DNA of 62,331 nt, filler included, from Basidiobolus meristosporus CBS 931.73 (Eukaryota; Fungi; Basidiobolomycota), in assembly GCA_002104905.1 (NCBI GenBank). It is 5 parts of 5 records of this genome, joined end to end, with 100 filler letters (N's around TTAATTAATTAA, not from the genome) between each part and the next. Parts side by side here need not be neighbours in the genome. Positions count along the whole stretch, not along the records: positions 30,615 to 47,077 come from MCFE01001122.1; positions 47,178 to 54,609 come from MCFE01001354.1; 3 more parts are not named here. One strand, written 5' to 3'. Positions 40,001-53,153 of the stretch are shown one piece after another. Numbering within the stretch: position 1 is the stretch's first letter; every line of letters begins with the position of its first letter. The position numbers and the translations under genes are program-made. The notes under the pieces are model-generated. The model was not told where the DNA came from and searched no databases. It worked only from the letters and a program-made list of their open reading frames with translations.

Positions 40001-40666
40001 CAACCAAGCATATATTTGCAAGATGTATATATTACCAGCAGTACAAGGTATATGGCAACTTTGCAAGTATCACCCTAAAAAGCCATAAAGTTGAGGCAAT
40101 AGAAGTTTGTCCTTGGCAGCAGGTGTGCACATTTGTAGAGGTTAGCAAGCAGGAGGTCATTGTTTCTTTTATTTGAACTATATGTGGAGTACCCAAGGTT
40201 GTAGCGGGTAAGTAAATAAAGAGGGGTGCTCTACAGTGGAATATATGAATTGCACAAGGGGAGGTAGAAAAAGGAAATACTATTTAGTAAATTGGTACAG
40301 TAGCATTATACAGAACCAGCAGTAGGCCATCATACTGCCATTATAATGTCATTAGAGTCTTGCTGTGAGGCTGTCAAAATACTGGCAAGTTTCCTGCCAT
40401 ATAAGGCAATTGGATGTCCTGACCAACTGGATCCACATAAAATAGGTATAGACTGCTAAAAGACCGCAACAATACCAATAAAATAATGTCATGTTGAATC
40501 CCTTTACTGGGTTGTAAAACTAGTAAAACACCTTCATGATCCCATCATAAGATTGTTAGGAGGGTCACTAATTCCAAGCTGCTGGTATTATGACAGTCTC
40601 TAAATGGGATCCTTATGGCTGATCCAGATTGGATCCACCTGCGGGACTAAATTATATTTCATAGTG
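37016..40666 (+). mobile_element. CACTA/En-Spm transposon copy A (divergent ORF X fragment 37016-37500, transposase, right end ...TTTCATAGTG)
   Basis: Tnp2-type motifs CVNSC...CPSC, WPLILITLSLPP, PLLDEFCML, GDTPAISKIAGFSGH...CCQMCKIQG; the right end reads CACTATGAAA on the reverse strand. Confidence 0.8.
37543..40200 (+). pseudogene. En-Spm (Tnp2/Transposase_21-like) transposase, multiply disrupted
   Basis: ORF fragments 37750-38382, 38476-38958, 39376-39561 and 39976-40176. Confidence 0.8.
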
Positions 40667-42499
40667 ATGCCTCTAGAGTAGCTGCTGCTTATCAGTGGTT
40701 TGTAATGTTTGCCATTAATATATTTTTAATGCTTGCACTTGATTAACATTGGGGGCAGTTCTTGGCAAATGTGAGATAACTATTGAAGTTTACAGGGCCT
40801 GTTTGATGCATTATTACTATAAATAACCCAAAATGTGAGAAATGCTGTCCACCAGTGCTGGTTAATTTTTGCCAAGTTGGACACCTTGAATTGGTTACAC
40901 TTTCTTACAATGATGGCTTGCAATTAATATCAGAGGATGACTTCAGGAAAGTGTATTGATTGCATTTTGCCAACTGCATCATGGTGTTTCAATTTCACTA
41001 AACGCACAACAAGCAGCATCCCAGGATAATTCTGGCACAAGTTAACAGTGGATACTTAAAGCCCTCAGTACTTATATCAGTGTAAATATACTGCCCAATT
41101 GGGCATTATATTACATTGTTCTCTGGTGAATGGAATATTGGGCTCACCAGGCTCAAGCTGGTTTCCCCCCACATGTTGGACCTTACTGGTCACAAGTTAT
41201 GATCTGTTATGAGGGACAATTTATTTGCAATCCTTCAGTAAGCCTGTTTCTTCAGGAGTGCCACTGTATCGGACATATGTAGAAGGCTGAGGCAAGCAAG
41301 AAGAATTTGAAGCATCACATTACTCAGTATGCACAGAGTGCAAGTGCAGCCAGGTGCTTTACTAGGAATATAAAGTGGATTGCAAGATATTGTTGGCACT
41401 GTGGCAACAAGTAAGCAATCAGAAGGAATCTGTGAGGCAAAACACAATCATAATCTTTTAATTCTTCTCATGCTGTCTATATGCTACATAATTATGAAGC
41501 TTGCTTCAATAGTCACTTGGACTTTTTCTCCTCACATGAGGCATTGAATTAGGGCAATTCTAGCTAAGGAGCAATTGCTTGCCAAACAACAAAGCAATAA
41601 TACTATATGCTTTTACTTAGTTGTATATTGGCTTGAGAAAATCTCCCCAACAAGAAGTAGTACCCATATATATCTAAGCTTAAATAATCAGCTATCAGTA
41701 AAGGTATTGTAAATGAACATCTTCAACCAAATACCTATGCACTAGAAAAATGACTTCTTCCATTGTACTGTGCTGGGGTGCCTGGTGCAATCTGCAGTTG
41801 TTACAAATAGTAGTGTGAAATATTGTAGCTACCGGTAGGCAGATTGCTCTTGGATGATTTTGCACTAAGTGGGACAATATCACACACCATTGCACAACCT
41901 GACACAACAAGGTTAACACTGATGACCATGCCAACTTGTAATGCTTGCATCATATGAGCAATTGGGTATCACTATTATGGTAGGTAAAATGTGGTTTCTA
42001 AATATGTTTCTTCAATGTAAGTGTAAAAAATATGTATCACCCTATAGACTTACTATTTTGATTGCCATCACTCCAAATGGATGGTATGGCAGTGGTTGAG
42101 TAGTCTAAAAGTATTCTAAAGCTGGAAGCCCCCAATTGGCTCATTGACCGCTACACATGTAACCTTGCTTGTCATCAAATATCCCATTTTGCCCATTGAG
42201 TAAGTAAATCCCAGATTCTAGTGATTGGGCAAGGTTTTATTGCTTGCATTTGATCAATTGGGTAGGTACAAGACAGATCAAATAGCTGCACCAGTATTGC
42301 ATATGATATATGTATATGCAGGGTGTCTATTTATAGGGGCTCAGTCTCAAATGCAAGAAAATCTTAATATTACTTCTATCAAAAGCTTAGTGACCACTGA
42401 TTAGCAATGGGTCAATTTGAATTGCAAAAAAAGGGTGTTTTGGATCACAACAAATGATAGCAATTAAATGCTATTGCATCATCTTGTCCTAGGTTTTCT

Positions 42500-43720
42500 T
42501 CTCACAGGGACTACCACTGAAGCATTTGGTAAAGATTCACTTTGCACACCTTAACTAATCCCTTGTTGACTATTATCTTGGCTAAATGTGTACTTGTAGC
42601 CAGTATTTTGCCCTCTAGTTGATGAGCACCATCATGGAGCTTGGCTGTACTGGCTTGCTCCAGGTAATGTTATAGGGCTAGCCTAAAATGACATGTGTTG
42701 ACTTGTTCTTCTACTTGCCAAAGGCTCCTGTAGTGGAGGCACTTCCAATGGGTTATTGTTAATCAGGTCACCAGAAGTAATTTGCTGATGGTCAATTGTA
42801 TTGGCAGGTGCAGATGCAACTAGATACATTGGCAAGGCCCTTGACTAAGTTTGATGTAAGGTTACATGTTTACGCAACTAGGATTGCTTCAATGGACTTG
42901 TCAATAAATGAGCAGATTGGCAAGCTCAGGTAGTTTTGATCTGAAGTGCATTTTGAACCAATCACATTGACCTGATGTGGGGCACTCTGGTCAAGGGTGT
43001 TTGGGCAGATTGAACTAAGATGCATTGGCATGCGGGCGTTGCAAGAGATGGTAAGGAACCCAGCAAGGTGTGCTGGCACAATCTAGGTGCAGTTACTTAT
43101 GATCTATATTTTTCTTCTTTAAGCTCACCTTTTGATTCCTGAAAGTACTATCTTACCCTCTGTCTCATACTTTGGAACTGTTGCCTTGGCAAGTCCTGTA
43201 TATATTGCTCTTGGAAGTCACTTAGCTCTACAAATATATCACAAAGTGCACTAGTCATTTGAGGCAAAAACTCATTCAAAATTTCTTTGGTTTCAAAAGT
43301 TGAGGCACAAACAGATGCATCCAGCCCATACTTTGCAAATTGTGTGCGGAGTTATATCTGCATTACATCCTCATCAAGTCCCCTCCACTCTCAGCTCATT
43401 CTTGATTTCAGTACTTGTTGTGTTATATATTTTCTTACATACATCTGCTGGCATCTTGATGCAGAACTCATGCCACTGAATTCTACTTGGATTCTTCCAT
43501 CTCAGTTGACTCTCTGAAGCATCTGGTTCTGCTGGATTAATGAATGATGCCCAAATATCTGTAATCAGACTGATCATAGGCCAAACTAAAGTTATTTGGG
43601 ACGATCTTTTACAGATCCAACATGGGCTTCTCTGGATCAGACCACACCTTTGTGCTTGGAGAAGGGTTTTGTTTGGGTTGCCCTAAAGATGAGTTGAGAC
43701 TTGGTATGGGGACCATAGTG
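42500..43720 (-). pseudogene. Degenerate ORF with a possible Myb/SANT (trihelix)-like N-terminus, candidate Harbinger partner gene
   Basis: KVWSDPEKPMLDL...WHEFCIKMPADVCKKIYNTTSTEIKNELR, then a disordered tail; divergent from transposase copy 3. Confidence 0.35.
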
Positions 43721-43741
43721 ACAGATTTGGATACTTATGAG

Positions 43742-44891
43742 TAGTAAATTGGTATCAATCTGGCCTTAAATGAAATATTTATGAAAGCTAATGTAATTGT
43801 TAGATTTTCTATAATAGGTTTGATACATATTGGATTGTATTGACACAAATCATATTGCAACAGTTGCAGATTTCCTATTTGATTCTAGACTTACGAGTCA
43901 ACCTTTGATAGAATCACCAAGTCATTGCTTGAGGATGATTTTTGCATCATGATGACTGAATGCATGGCATTTGATGGAGATTTCATCATAATACATTGAA
44001 TATCAGATAAATCAAGCAGATTGCACCAAATTGAAGTAATGCACATTTACTCAATCACCTACTAATTTTAGTATCACTAACTCATCTGAATGGTAATTTC
44101 TCATCAATGCCATCACTACAGTTGGATTACCTTTGACACATAAGCAGGTATCTATACCTAGTACCGTGGACCATCTACCCCCTTCTACTCAAGGAGATCC
44201 GTTGTCAGCCTCTCTGCTATCACAAGTACTATTTTCCTACCAGATCTTATCCTAACATCCATGACAACATAAGTCCTAAAAACTCTCATTTCCAGTGACA
44301 GCAATGGAGAAACATCCTGAAGATAGTATGAATGACTCAGAACAAGCTTGGAACACTATGTTCAGACGCTACAATAGACTTTTGTATCCCAGAATGTTCA
44401 GTAATTGGCTTCATATCAGCAGTATTTTGGATACCTTCTCAGTCAGGATTAACTGACCTTCTGGAAGGCAGAGGCATTGTCACTCTGTCAAGTACAAGGC
44501 ATAGTGTGTGAAGTTTAAAGTACTGTCTGACATTCCAGGCAAAATCATCTGCTTTAGTTGGTCTTTGGCTGGCAGTAGGCATGATTAAGCACTCAGGGTA
44601 GAGAATCATCCAGAATTCAATAGAGGGAAGAAATGTGAGGCAGACTTAGCTTACACAGGAGAGGATTGCTCAAGATTAGTATATATTACCGCTAATAGGA
44701 AGCCAAGGGATGGTGTGCTTAGCAGTAAGTAGAAGCTCTATAATGAGATATCTAATCATTTCAGAGTGAGAGTTAATCATATATTCAGATGTATAAAGAG
44801 CTTTAACATAATGGCTGGTAAATACAGAGGGAATTCATATATATACAAGAAGACAGCAGAAGAAGTAAAATAGATTGTAACACACATTATA
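43742..44891 (+). mobile_element. IS5/PIF-Harbinger-like transposon copy 3 (degenerate), cut by copia-2
   Basis: Reverse-complement homolog of about 33600-34740, including the non-coding upstream region. Confidence 0.75.
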
Positions 44892-47077
44892 TGTTGCAAT
44901 TTAAGAAGTGATTTGGATATAACGAACTTATCAAGAAATAGTGATAATAGTTGAACTGTTGTTTATTCATAAAGAAGCTCAGTATTTATACCTTTGTAGA
45001 AGTAATACAGCTGCAACACTAAGTAGGGAGGGTTTCTCAATATTCAGGAGCATTCTGTAACAGTCTCAGGGTTAGTACATAATGTTTGGTAATAGTGCTA
45101 ATTTGATCCTGACTATAGGGGAATAATCATAAGATCATATATCTGGAGAAAGTGGCAAAGTTAAGGCAGTAAATGAGTCCTACAGTGACTAAGACTAGTC
45201 TAGAATTGTTAAGTAAATTTTTAGCTGCTGAATGATACCAAATAGTCCAATATTTCAGCACTCCCCCTCAACTAAATAATTTCTTAATCCCAATTTCTCT
45301 CTAAGGATCTCAAACTGTGGCCTAGCTAGTGGTTTTGTCAATATGTCTGCCACCATTTTGTCAGTTGGGCAGTAAACCAGCTCTACTAAGTTATTTTCTA
45401 CAGCTTCCCTCACAAAGTGATGCTGTATATCAATGTGCTTAGTTCTGGCATGATTAGTAGGATTTCTAGCTAATGAAATACAACTTTGATTATCCTTGTA
45501 AATACATGTTGGTTCACCTGAGTTAAAACCTAAGTCTTTGAATAATTTTTGTAGCCATATAGCCTCCTTAGTTGCTTGACATGCAGCCATATATTCGGCT
45601 TCAGTTGTAGATAGTGCCACAGTTGGTTGTTTCTTGCAATTCCAAGTAATAGCTGCACCAGCATAAAGAAATACATAGCCTGTGGTAGAGCGTCTGTCAA
45701 TCAAATCCCTACCCCATTCTGAATCACTATAACCATCAAATTTCTGCCTATTAGCTGCTCCAGAGTATTCCAGTACCATATTTATGGTACCTTGTAGATA
45801 TCTGAAAATCCGCTTAACTGCTGCAATTTGATCTGATCCATAATTCTGCATAAATTGACTGACTATTCCAACTGCTACTGCAATATCTGGATGTGTAGAC
45901 ACCATCAAGTACATTAGGCTACCAACCATTGATTGATAGGGAAAGTTTTGGTCCATATTTGAGCCGTTTTCATCTATAACTGGCTGAGATTTGCTTAATT
46001 TCAGGTTATTGTCCATAGGGGTTGCTGCAGGCTTGCAATTTTCCATTTTGAAGCGTCTAAGAATGTCCCTGATGTACTTAGACTGATTCAGCACAATTTT
46101 CTGCGTAGGTATGTCAAATTTGACCTCAATTCCAAGAAAATAGCTCAATTTTCCAAGATCTTTCATCTCAAACTTGCTGAAGAGATCTGATTTCGTCTGT
46201 TTAAGTGCCTCTTGATCACTTGTAGCTATAATTAGGTCGTCCACATAAAGAACTAGGATGATCACACCCTTTTTGAGCTGTTTCACATATATACTGTGAT
46301 CTGCAGTGCTACGAGAGAACCCAATTTCCTCTAGATATGTGTCAATCTTGTTATACCATGCTCTGGGTGCCTGCTTAAGCCCATACAACAATTTTCTAAG
46401 TTTGCACACCTTATGGGGGCTTTTTGGATCGGTAAAACCTTCTGGTTGCTCCATATATATAGTTTCTTGCAAATCCCCATTTAGAAAGGCTGTTTTGACG
46501 TCCATTTGGTGTAGATTTAGACTGTGTACAGCTGCCAGGGCTAGAACTGTCCTAATAGAGTTAAACTTGGCAACCGGAGCAAATGTTTCCTTAAAGTCTA
46601 GTCCCTGGATCTGGGAATAGCCTTTAGCTACCAATCTAGCCTTGTACTTATCAACGGCACCATTTGAGGTTATCTTGATCTTGTAGACTCATCTGCATCC
46701 TGTTGGCTTTCTCCCATTTGGTAAATCTACCAGTTCCCACGTTTTTGCCTTGATCAGTGATTGGTACTCCTCCTGCATGGCTTGTTGCCACTTAGTAGCA
46801 TCTGGACCTTGCATTGCCTGTTCCAGATTCTGAGGTTCGGCACATAAGGCAAGATAAGCTTCTTCATGATCATTGGATGTCTGCCACCAGGATCCAGGGG
46901 CATTTCTTATTCTGGTAGATCTCCTAACTGGGATAATCTGTTCCGATCTGGAACTTGTAGAAGTATCTTCCATCTCTGGCTGGATTTGGTACGTATCTTC
47001 CTCATTTGTGTTGATTGCATCATCAGGCAGCTGGCCAATGATTTCTGTGGCTTTCTGATCTGAATTCTCCTCAAATA
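44892..47077 (-). mobile_element. Copia family 2 copy 2 (3' LTR 44892-45260; 459-aa RT/RNase H ORF; runs into gap)
   Basis: ORF 45255-46634 with LKQAPRAW, YVDD, RTKHIDIQHH; PPT. Confidence 0.92.
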
Positions 47078-47269
47078 NNNNNNNNNNNNNNNNNNNNNNN
47101 NNNNNNNNNNNNNNNNNNNNNTTAATTAATTAANNNNNNNNNNNNNNNNNNNNNNNNNNNNNNNNNNNNNNNNNNNNTTGGCCAGAGGACTGGTTTGCAA
47201 ATCCACCAACTTTGTTGAAAATTGGTTTCGAAGCATATCCAAAGGATTCTTTGGATTGGACCCAAGAAC

Positions 47270-47588
47270 CCTATGAAAAATCTCATAGTTGGAGTTCATT
47301 GGATTTTTAGCCAATATTCTGCTGGTATTCTGATGGTATTTTGCTGGTAGTCAGCTGGTATTTCTGCTTCAAGTTTTCAGTTGCAATTTTTGGTGGAGGT
47401 AACAGCAGCTGATTACCAAATTTGGTATGAATGCTAGTTGGCCTAGTTTCCCCCTAGAAAGGATGTCTACTTGTTTGCTAGGAAGCTAGTACCTGAGATA
47501 TTGAGAGTTGTTACTTTTGGGAAGGTTGGAATTCAGCTGATACTATGATGGTATTCTGCTGGACTTTTGTTAGTTTTTTTTCTTGGGG
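47270..47588 (+). mobile_element. MITE copy 2 (CCCTATGAAAAATC...)
   Basis: Reverse-complement homolog of 20692-21011. Confidence 0.7.
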
Positions 47589-47689
47589 GAATTGGTGGAA
47601 TCAGTGACAATTTGGCTCAAACTCATGTAAATATCACCAATCACCAACCTCTGAGTTCCCCAGGTGTCTGCTGTGGTAAAACAGCTTTT

Positions 47690-50305
47690 TGTGCTAGAAC
47701 CAAGCACATATGTTCCTGACATCCCTTCATACAGGAAACTACAGAGGATAACTTGGTTTGGTTCAATGTCCAACTGATGATAATGATTGTAGATATATTC
47801 ACAATATCATCAGCTAGAGACAAACTTGAATATCTTGGATGATAGTATGGTGTAAAATTTGTAATTGCACCTAAATATTCACCTAACTTAGCCACTTGGG
47901 CCATTGCCTGCAAATTTTCAAGATTTCTGACCAAATTCCTTGCTGGGATTTACATGGAATATTTTCACCAAAACATTGGGTACCCAGATCATGACATTTT
48001 GAGAAGCTAATATAAGATTGTGTAACTGAGGGAAGTTGGCAGTGGTAAGAAAGATCTGTCAATAACATTAATAAGGGGATCCTGTGTGATGATCCTGCCT
48101 AAAGTGTTGTAAAAGCTAGAAATTGCACCTAAGTATTCACCAAGCTTATTCACTTGGTTCATTGCCCACAGATGCTAGAGAACTCTGATTAAATTCCTTG
48201 TTGGGATCTACTTAGAGTATTACCACTAAGACATCAGGTACTCAGAACATAAAATTGTGTTAAGCAGTCCAAGCAGCCCAAGCTTTGGAAACATGTTCTT
48301 GGGATCTTCCTAGACATACTCTATGTGTTTGTATTTCCAAGTCCATGTAAATGTACAAATACCACTTTTAGATTCTATAAATCAATCAGTGAAAGCCAAC
48401 CTATCTACCTGCTCTCCCAAAGATTTCCAATATCATCAAAACTCTCATAACAGGTTATGAGCTCCATGCTGTCACTCTCTGGAATATCTTCTAATGCTTA
48501 AAAGTTGGATGGATCCAACCACCAACTCCAGAAGTGCAGATGCATTAAAGAGGCCCTTAGGATATTGCTATGGGAGAGAATGTCTTCCGAAAGTTGTAAG
48601 AGAAGAAGCCTTTAAGTATTACAACAAAGTACCAAGTTCCTTTGAATGTATTTTCCAAAATGTTAAGGACAAATTGCACTTCAATGCTCAGTAGCAAAGC
48701 TGGCATAGAGTACCTGGAAGGCACTAGAAGATATCTATTGGGCATGTTCAGCTGCTGAGAAAATGTATCTTAGACAAAAATTCCTCACCACAAGTACACC
48801 TGGAGAAGAAGCAAAAGAACTAATTAACAAAATTACCCTGCTGGCTAGTGAGAAGGAATCTGTGGGTGTACCAGCTGCTAATAAAGTTGTGCTAGTTACC
48901 CTACTGAGTAGCTAGATGGACAAGCTACAGGGCCTTGTATCAGTTGTAAGAGTCTTGGAGATATTGGAAGTGATTAGCAGAACAAGTAGATTATGTGGTT
49001 TTCACTTGATGGTTTATTGAATGAAAAAGTGCTATTTATACATTTACATGATCTTGGCATTACAAATGCAGAGAACATGTTTAGGCAGGTCTCTTGCACA
49101 TGTGCCCAAAGTTGTTGTAGGAATTTGTGATCCACCTAAATATTCACCTAACTTAGTCACCAGGATCATTACCTTCAAATCCTAGGGAATACCAACCCAA
49201 TACCTTGTTGGGATTTACCTAGAATATTTTCACAAAAATACCAAGTACCCAGAACATGAGAATTTGCAAAGTTGTCTAAGCAGCCCCAAACTTGGCACAT
49301 ATGTTCTTGGTACCTTCCTTAGCCTATTCTACATGCTTGCTATGCCAAGACTATATAAAAGTATATATACTACTTTCACATTCAATAAATCATCAGGTGA
49401 GAACCACATTATCTACTTGTTCTCATAATTGCTTCCAATATCTCCAAGTCTTCTATGACAAGTTATGAGCCCCAAGCTGTCACTCTCTGCAATATCTACT
49501 ACCGCTATTACTGGAATTTCTCCCTCTGCTGAAAAGTTGGATGGATCTAACTACCACGTGTGGAAGGTGAAGATGAAGATGCTGCTACAAGAAAGAGGCC
49601 TTTGGGATATTGTCATGGGAGAAGAATGCCCTCCTAAAAATGTGGGAGAGGAGTTCTTGAAGTACCAGAGGAAAGAGCAAAGTGCCCTTAACTGCATTTG
49701 CCTTAATGTAAAGGACAAATTGCTAATTCAATGCTCAAGAGCAAAAATAGCAAAGGATGCCTGGAACACATTAGAAGACACCTACCAGTCATGTTCAGCT
49801 GCCAAGAAAAAGTATCTCAGACAAATATTCTTTACTACAAAGATGCAGTCAGGAGAAGAAATGAAAAATCCATTTAACAGAAGGTGTTAGTACTGCATCT
49901 ACAGGATATCTTAACAGAAGGGCTTGCAAACTTATGGGAGATATAAAGATTCTATACAACAACACTATTTACCCTATTGGTGGATGAGATGGAATCTGTG
50001 GGCATACCAACTACTGATGAAGATGTCATAGTTACCATCCTGAATAGCTTGACAGACAGGTTTCAGGGCCTTGTATCAGCCCTAGAGTGCAGAACTGAAG
50101 ACTTGATCTTAAATTAGATATATGGAAGGCTCCTTGAAGAAGAATTAAGGAAATTAAGCACCAATAAGTAGGAAGAAGAAAGTGCTTTAATAAGCAGCAA
50201 TAACCAGCCAAGGAGATACCCAAAATCTTTTAAAGGCAATACCAACCTGTTTTGCAACTACCTCAAAAGGAAGTGACATACATCAGACCAGTGCTTCAAA
50301 GATTT
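47690..50305 (+). mobile_element. Cluster of degenerate copia-1 pieces: RNase H end + LTR 47690-48010; LTR 48105-48452 + gag; inverted LTR part 48943-49112; LTR 49113-49460 + gag to about 50305
   Basis: LTR and PBS (g/a)gttatgagc motifs; gag ORF 49465-49890 MSPKLSLSAISTT... Confidence 0.8.
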
Positions 50306-53153
50306 TATGATGGGATCATGATGGTGTTTTGTAAATTCTACAAACAAATAATGGGATAAAACTTGACAATATTTCATTGGTGCTGTGACAATATTTGGAG
50401 GTATTGTTGTGATCTTTTGGCACTCTATAACTACTTTAAGTGGATCCAATCAGCCAGGACATCTAATTGCCTTATATGGCAAGAAGCTTGATGGTATTTT
50501 GACGGCCTCACTGCAAAACTCTGATGGCATTATATTGCCAGTATGACAGTCTACCACTGGTTCTATATAATGCACCATACCAGTTTACCAAATGGTATTT
50601 CCATTTTCTACCTGCCCTTGAGGAATTCATATATTTCACTGCAGAATTACCCCTCTGTATTTGCTTACCCACTACTACCTTGGGTATTCCAAATATAGTT
50701 CAAATCAAAAAAGACTATGGCCTCCTGCTTACTAACCTCTACAAATGCACACACCTGCTGCAATTGACATACTTCTATAACCTCAACTTTACGGCTTTTT
50801 AGTGTGATACTTGCAAAGTTGCAATATACCTTGTACTGCTGGCAACATATACATCTTGCAAACATATGCTTGGTTGTTGCCACTTCTGCCATGAATACCT
50901 CCAGAATATTCACAAAGAACTTCTTGGTACTTAGCCAATGTATTCCTTCTCCCTGCTGGATTCTGGTCCCCCTTATAGGTGCACTCTGGCTTTTGTTTGT
51001 GTGAATTCTGTATTGAGTGATGTAGAAGTTGGCTTGCAACCATGAGAAATCTGGCATACCCTGGCAGAGTTTTCCTGATAAAAATTAGTTGCTTGTTGCA
51101 CCCTACCCAACTTTGCATTACTTCACTGATTACCCACCCATTGAGGCTGCTTAGCTTCTTAATGCCATAGGCATAGGTGTCTGCATGTGCACATTTGTCC
51201 TCAGTATTTTCCAACTTTTCCTGGCTGTCCTGCATGTGCCAACTCATCACATCCATGATGAACTTGAAAGTAATATTCTTGATTAGATTGGGATATGGTA
51301 GTACCTGCAACTTGACTCATCTTCCTATCACCCTAAACATCCACTCCATAGGAAACTCCCAAAAGGTAAAGCAAGGCCCAATATTCTCCACACACCATGC
51401 AAGATGGAGTAGAGAATGGATACAGCAGCAGCAGAGATCTAGGTTTTCAGCTTTATGTTTGTAGTGTAGCCGCTCAAATCCCATAACAAACTCTTCACAC
51501 AACAGCTGTAGATGCGTCAAGTTGGCATTGGTGATCCACTTCTGGATAAATATTCCTACAATGTCCACATATGACTCCCAATGCTTCCAATGTACTCTTG
51601 GTAGAAATGGTTTCCAAATGCCACTTGAATAAATACATATCCAGTTCATCCAGTCTTTGCATTTTTATTGTTGCATATGCAAATGAATAGTGGTTGGAGC
51701 CCATGAGAAGTACTTAGGGTAGCAGATACTCTGTAATATCTTGCCAATTCTTTCAAATTTCTCTGGTATCTCAAAGGGCTCATTTAGCTTGAAATGCCCC
51801 ATGTACAATTTGGTTATCAGTTTAGGGATATTGTTGAAAAGCAAATCCATTGCTCCCAGTGGAAAGCTTTTGCTCCAACAGATACCCTCTATCTTAAGTA
51901 TCTCTGGTTTGCAATTAATTCCATATTCTGGCCAATGGCTTATAGCTTGCCAACTTTGCTGCAATTGCATGCTGACTTCTGTATGTTCTCTCTGTGGAAA
52001 GAGGATGTTCTTAGTGCTGGTGTTTAGGTAATGATAATGTGTGTGAGTTATGGAGTAAATATTCTGAATCTCACACATTCAACAGCAATACTGTCCATTG
52101 TGCCTGGAAAAACCTGATATCTTGCTGATGACTGGGGTATCTCCAATGCAGCTAATAATATGCGCTTTTACATGAGAGCCATGTACTGTTATCCTGCTGG
52201 AAAGCATACAAAATTCATCCAGCAATGGATACAGGAAGCTATCCAGGTTGGATGGTGATTTAGGCCCAGATACCAGTGAGACTACCATCAGATTATTGCT
52301 CTGATTCCATAAGATGGGTGGCAAACTCAGATTGACAAACATCAGAGGCCAGCAGGATTTGCTGGTAGAGTACTTGCTTAATGAGAATCCATCAAGTGCT
52401 AAGGCAAAGGCATGGTCATACATACCCTCAAAGTAGCCCTTGCTTCTTAGCTATTTGCAATATTTGCCATCAAATATATCAGATATGTTTGTGCTTAATT
52501 GATACTGAGTGCTATACTGTATAGCTTTGCAATATTTGTTGGACTGCATCAGCTTCCTCAGATGGGGTATGACCAGAATATATCTGGAGTGTGAACAATG
52601 TTTTCCCTCAATGGTGGTAGACTCCTGACAATTTGGACATGTTGCAATGGTAGCATTTTTGGATGTGAATGTCATGCAACTGTTAACACATGCTGGAATC
52701 AGGACAGTCTCTGGATCATATGTTGCCAGCCACATGATGGTTGTCCACTTGTACCATGTACATGGTAAGTTGCATCCTGGTATGATTTTGGCAAGAAGTA
52801 GTAATAAATCCTCAAAGCCCCCATTACTGATATTGGCGGAAACGCTTCTCTAGCCACAACATTACATCATTTATCAGAAGATGGTTTACTGGGCTCACTT
52901 TGCTCCATAAAGTATCCTTGGCACTTGTTTCAACAGGTGTTGTCTCATTGCATATAGGGACTTGACCAGGCTAATACGTGCTACTGTTGTTAGGGGAGAT
53001 AGGCTTAAAATCCATCAGTGAACCTCCTTTGTCAGAGCTATCACTCTGTGTGCCATATTTCAAAGGCTGAGGTGAGCCCAAAGGCATCACAAACTCACCT
53101 GACTCAGTTTGCATAAGGTGACAAAGACAGCCAGGTTCCGATATAGAATTATC
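50306..53153 (-). mobile_element. CACTA/En-Spm copy B (disrupted transposase and 3' flank)
   Basis: Reverse-complement homolog of 37741-40550; SLDGFSL...SCWPL, GDTPVISKISGFSRH. Confidence 0.82.

Noticed and set aside
35444-46634. Classical ascomycete RIP as the cause of the C-to-T changes
   Set aside because: The differences I could compare are at CpG in varied contexts rather than CpA; this fits methylation-deamination better, though not formally counted.
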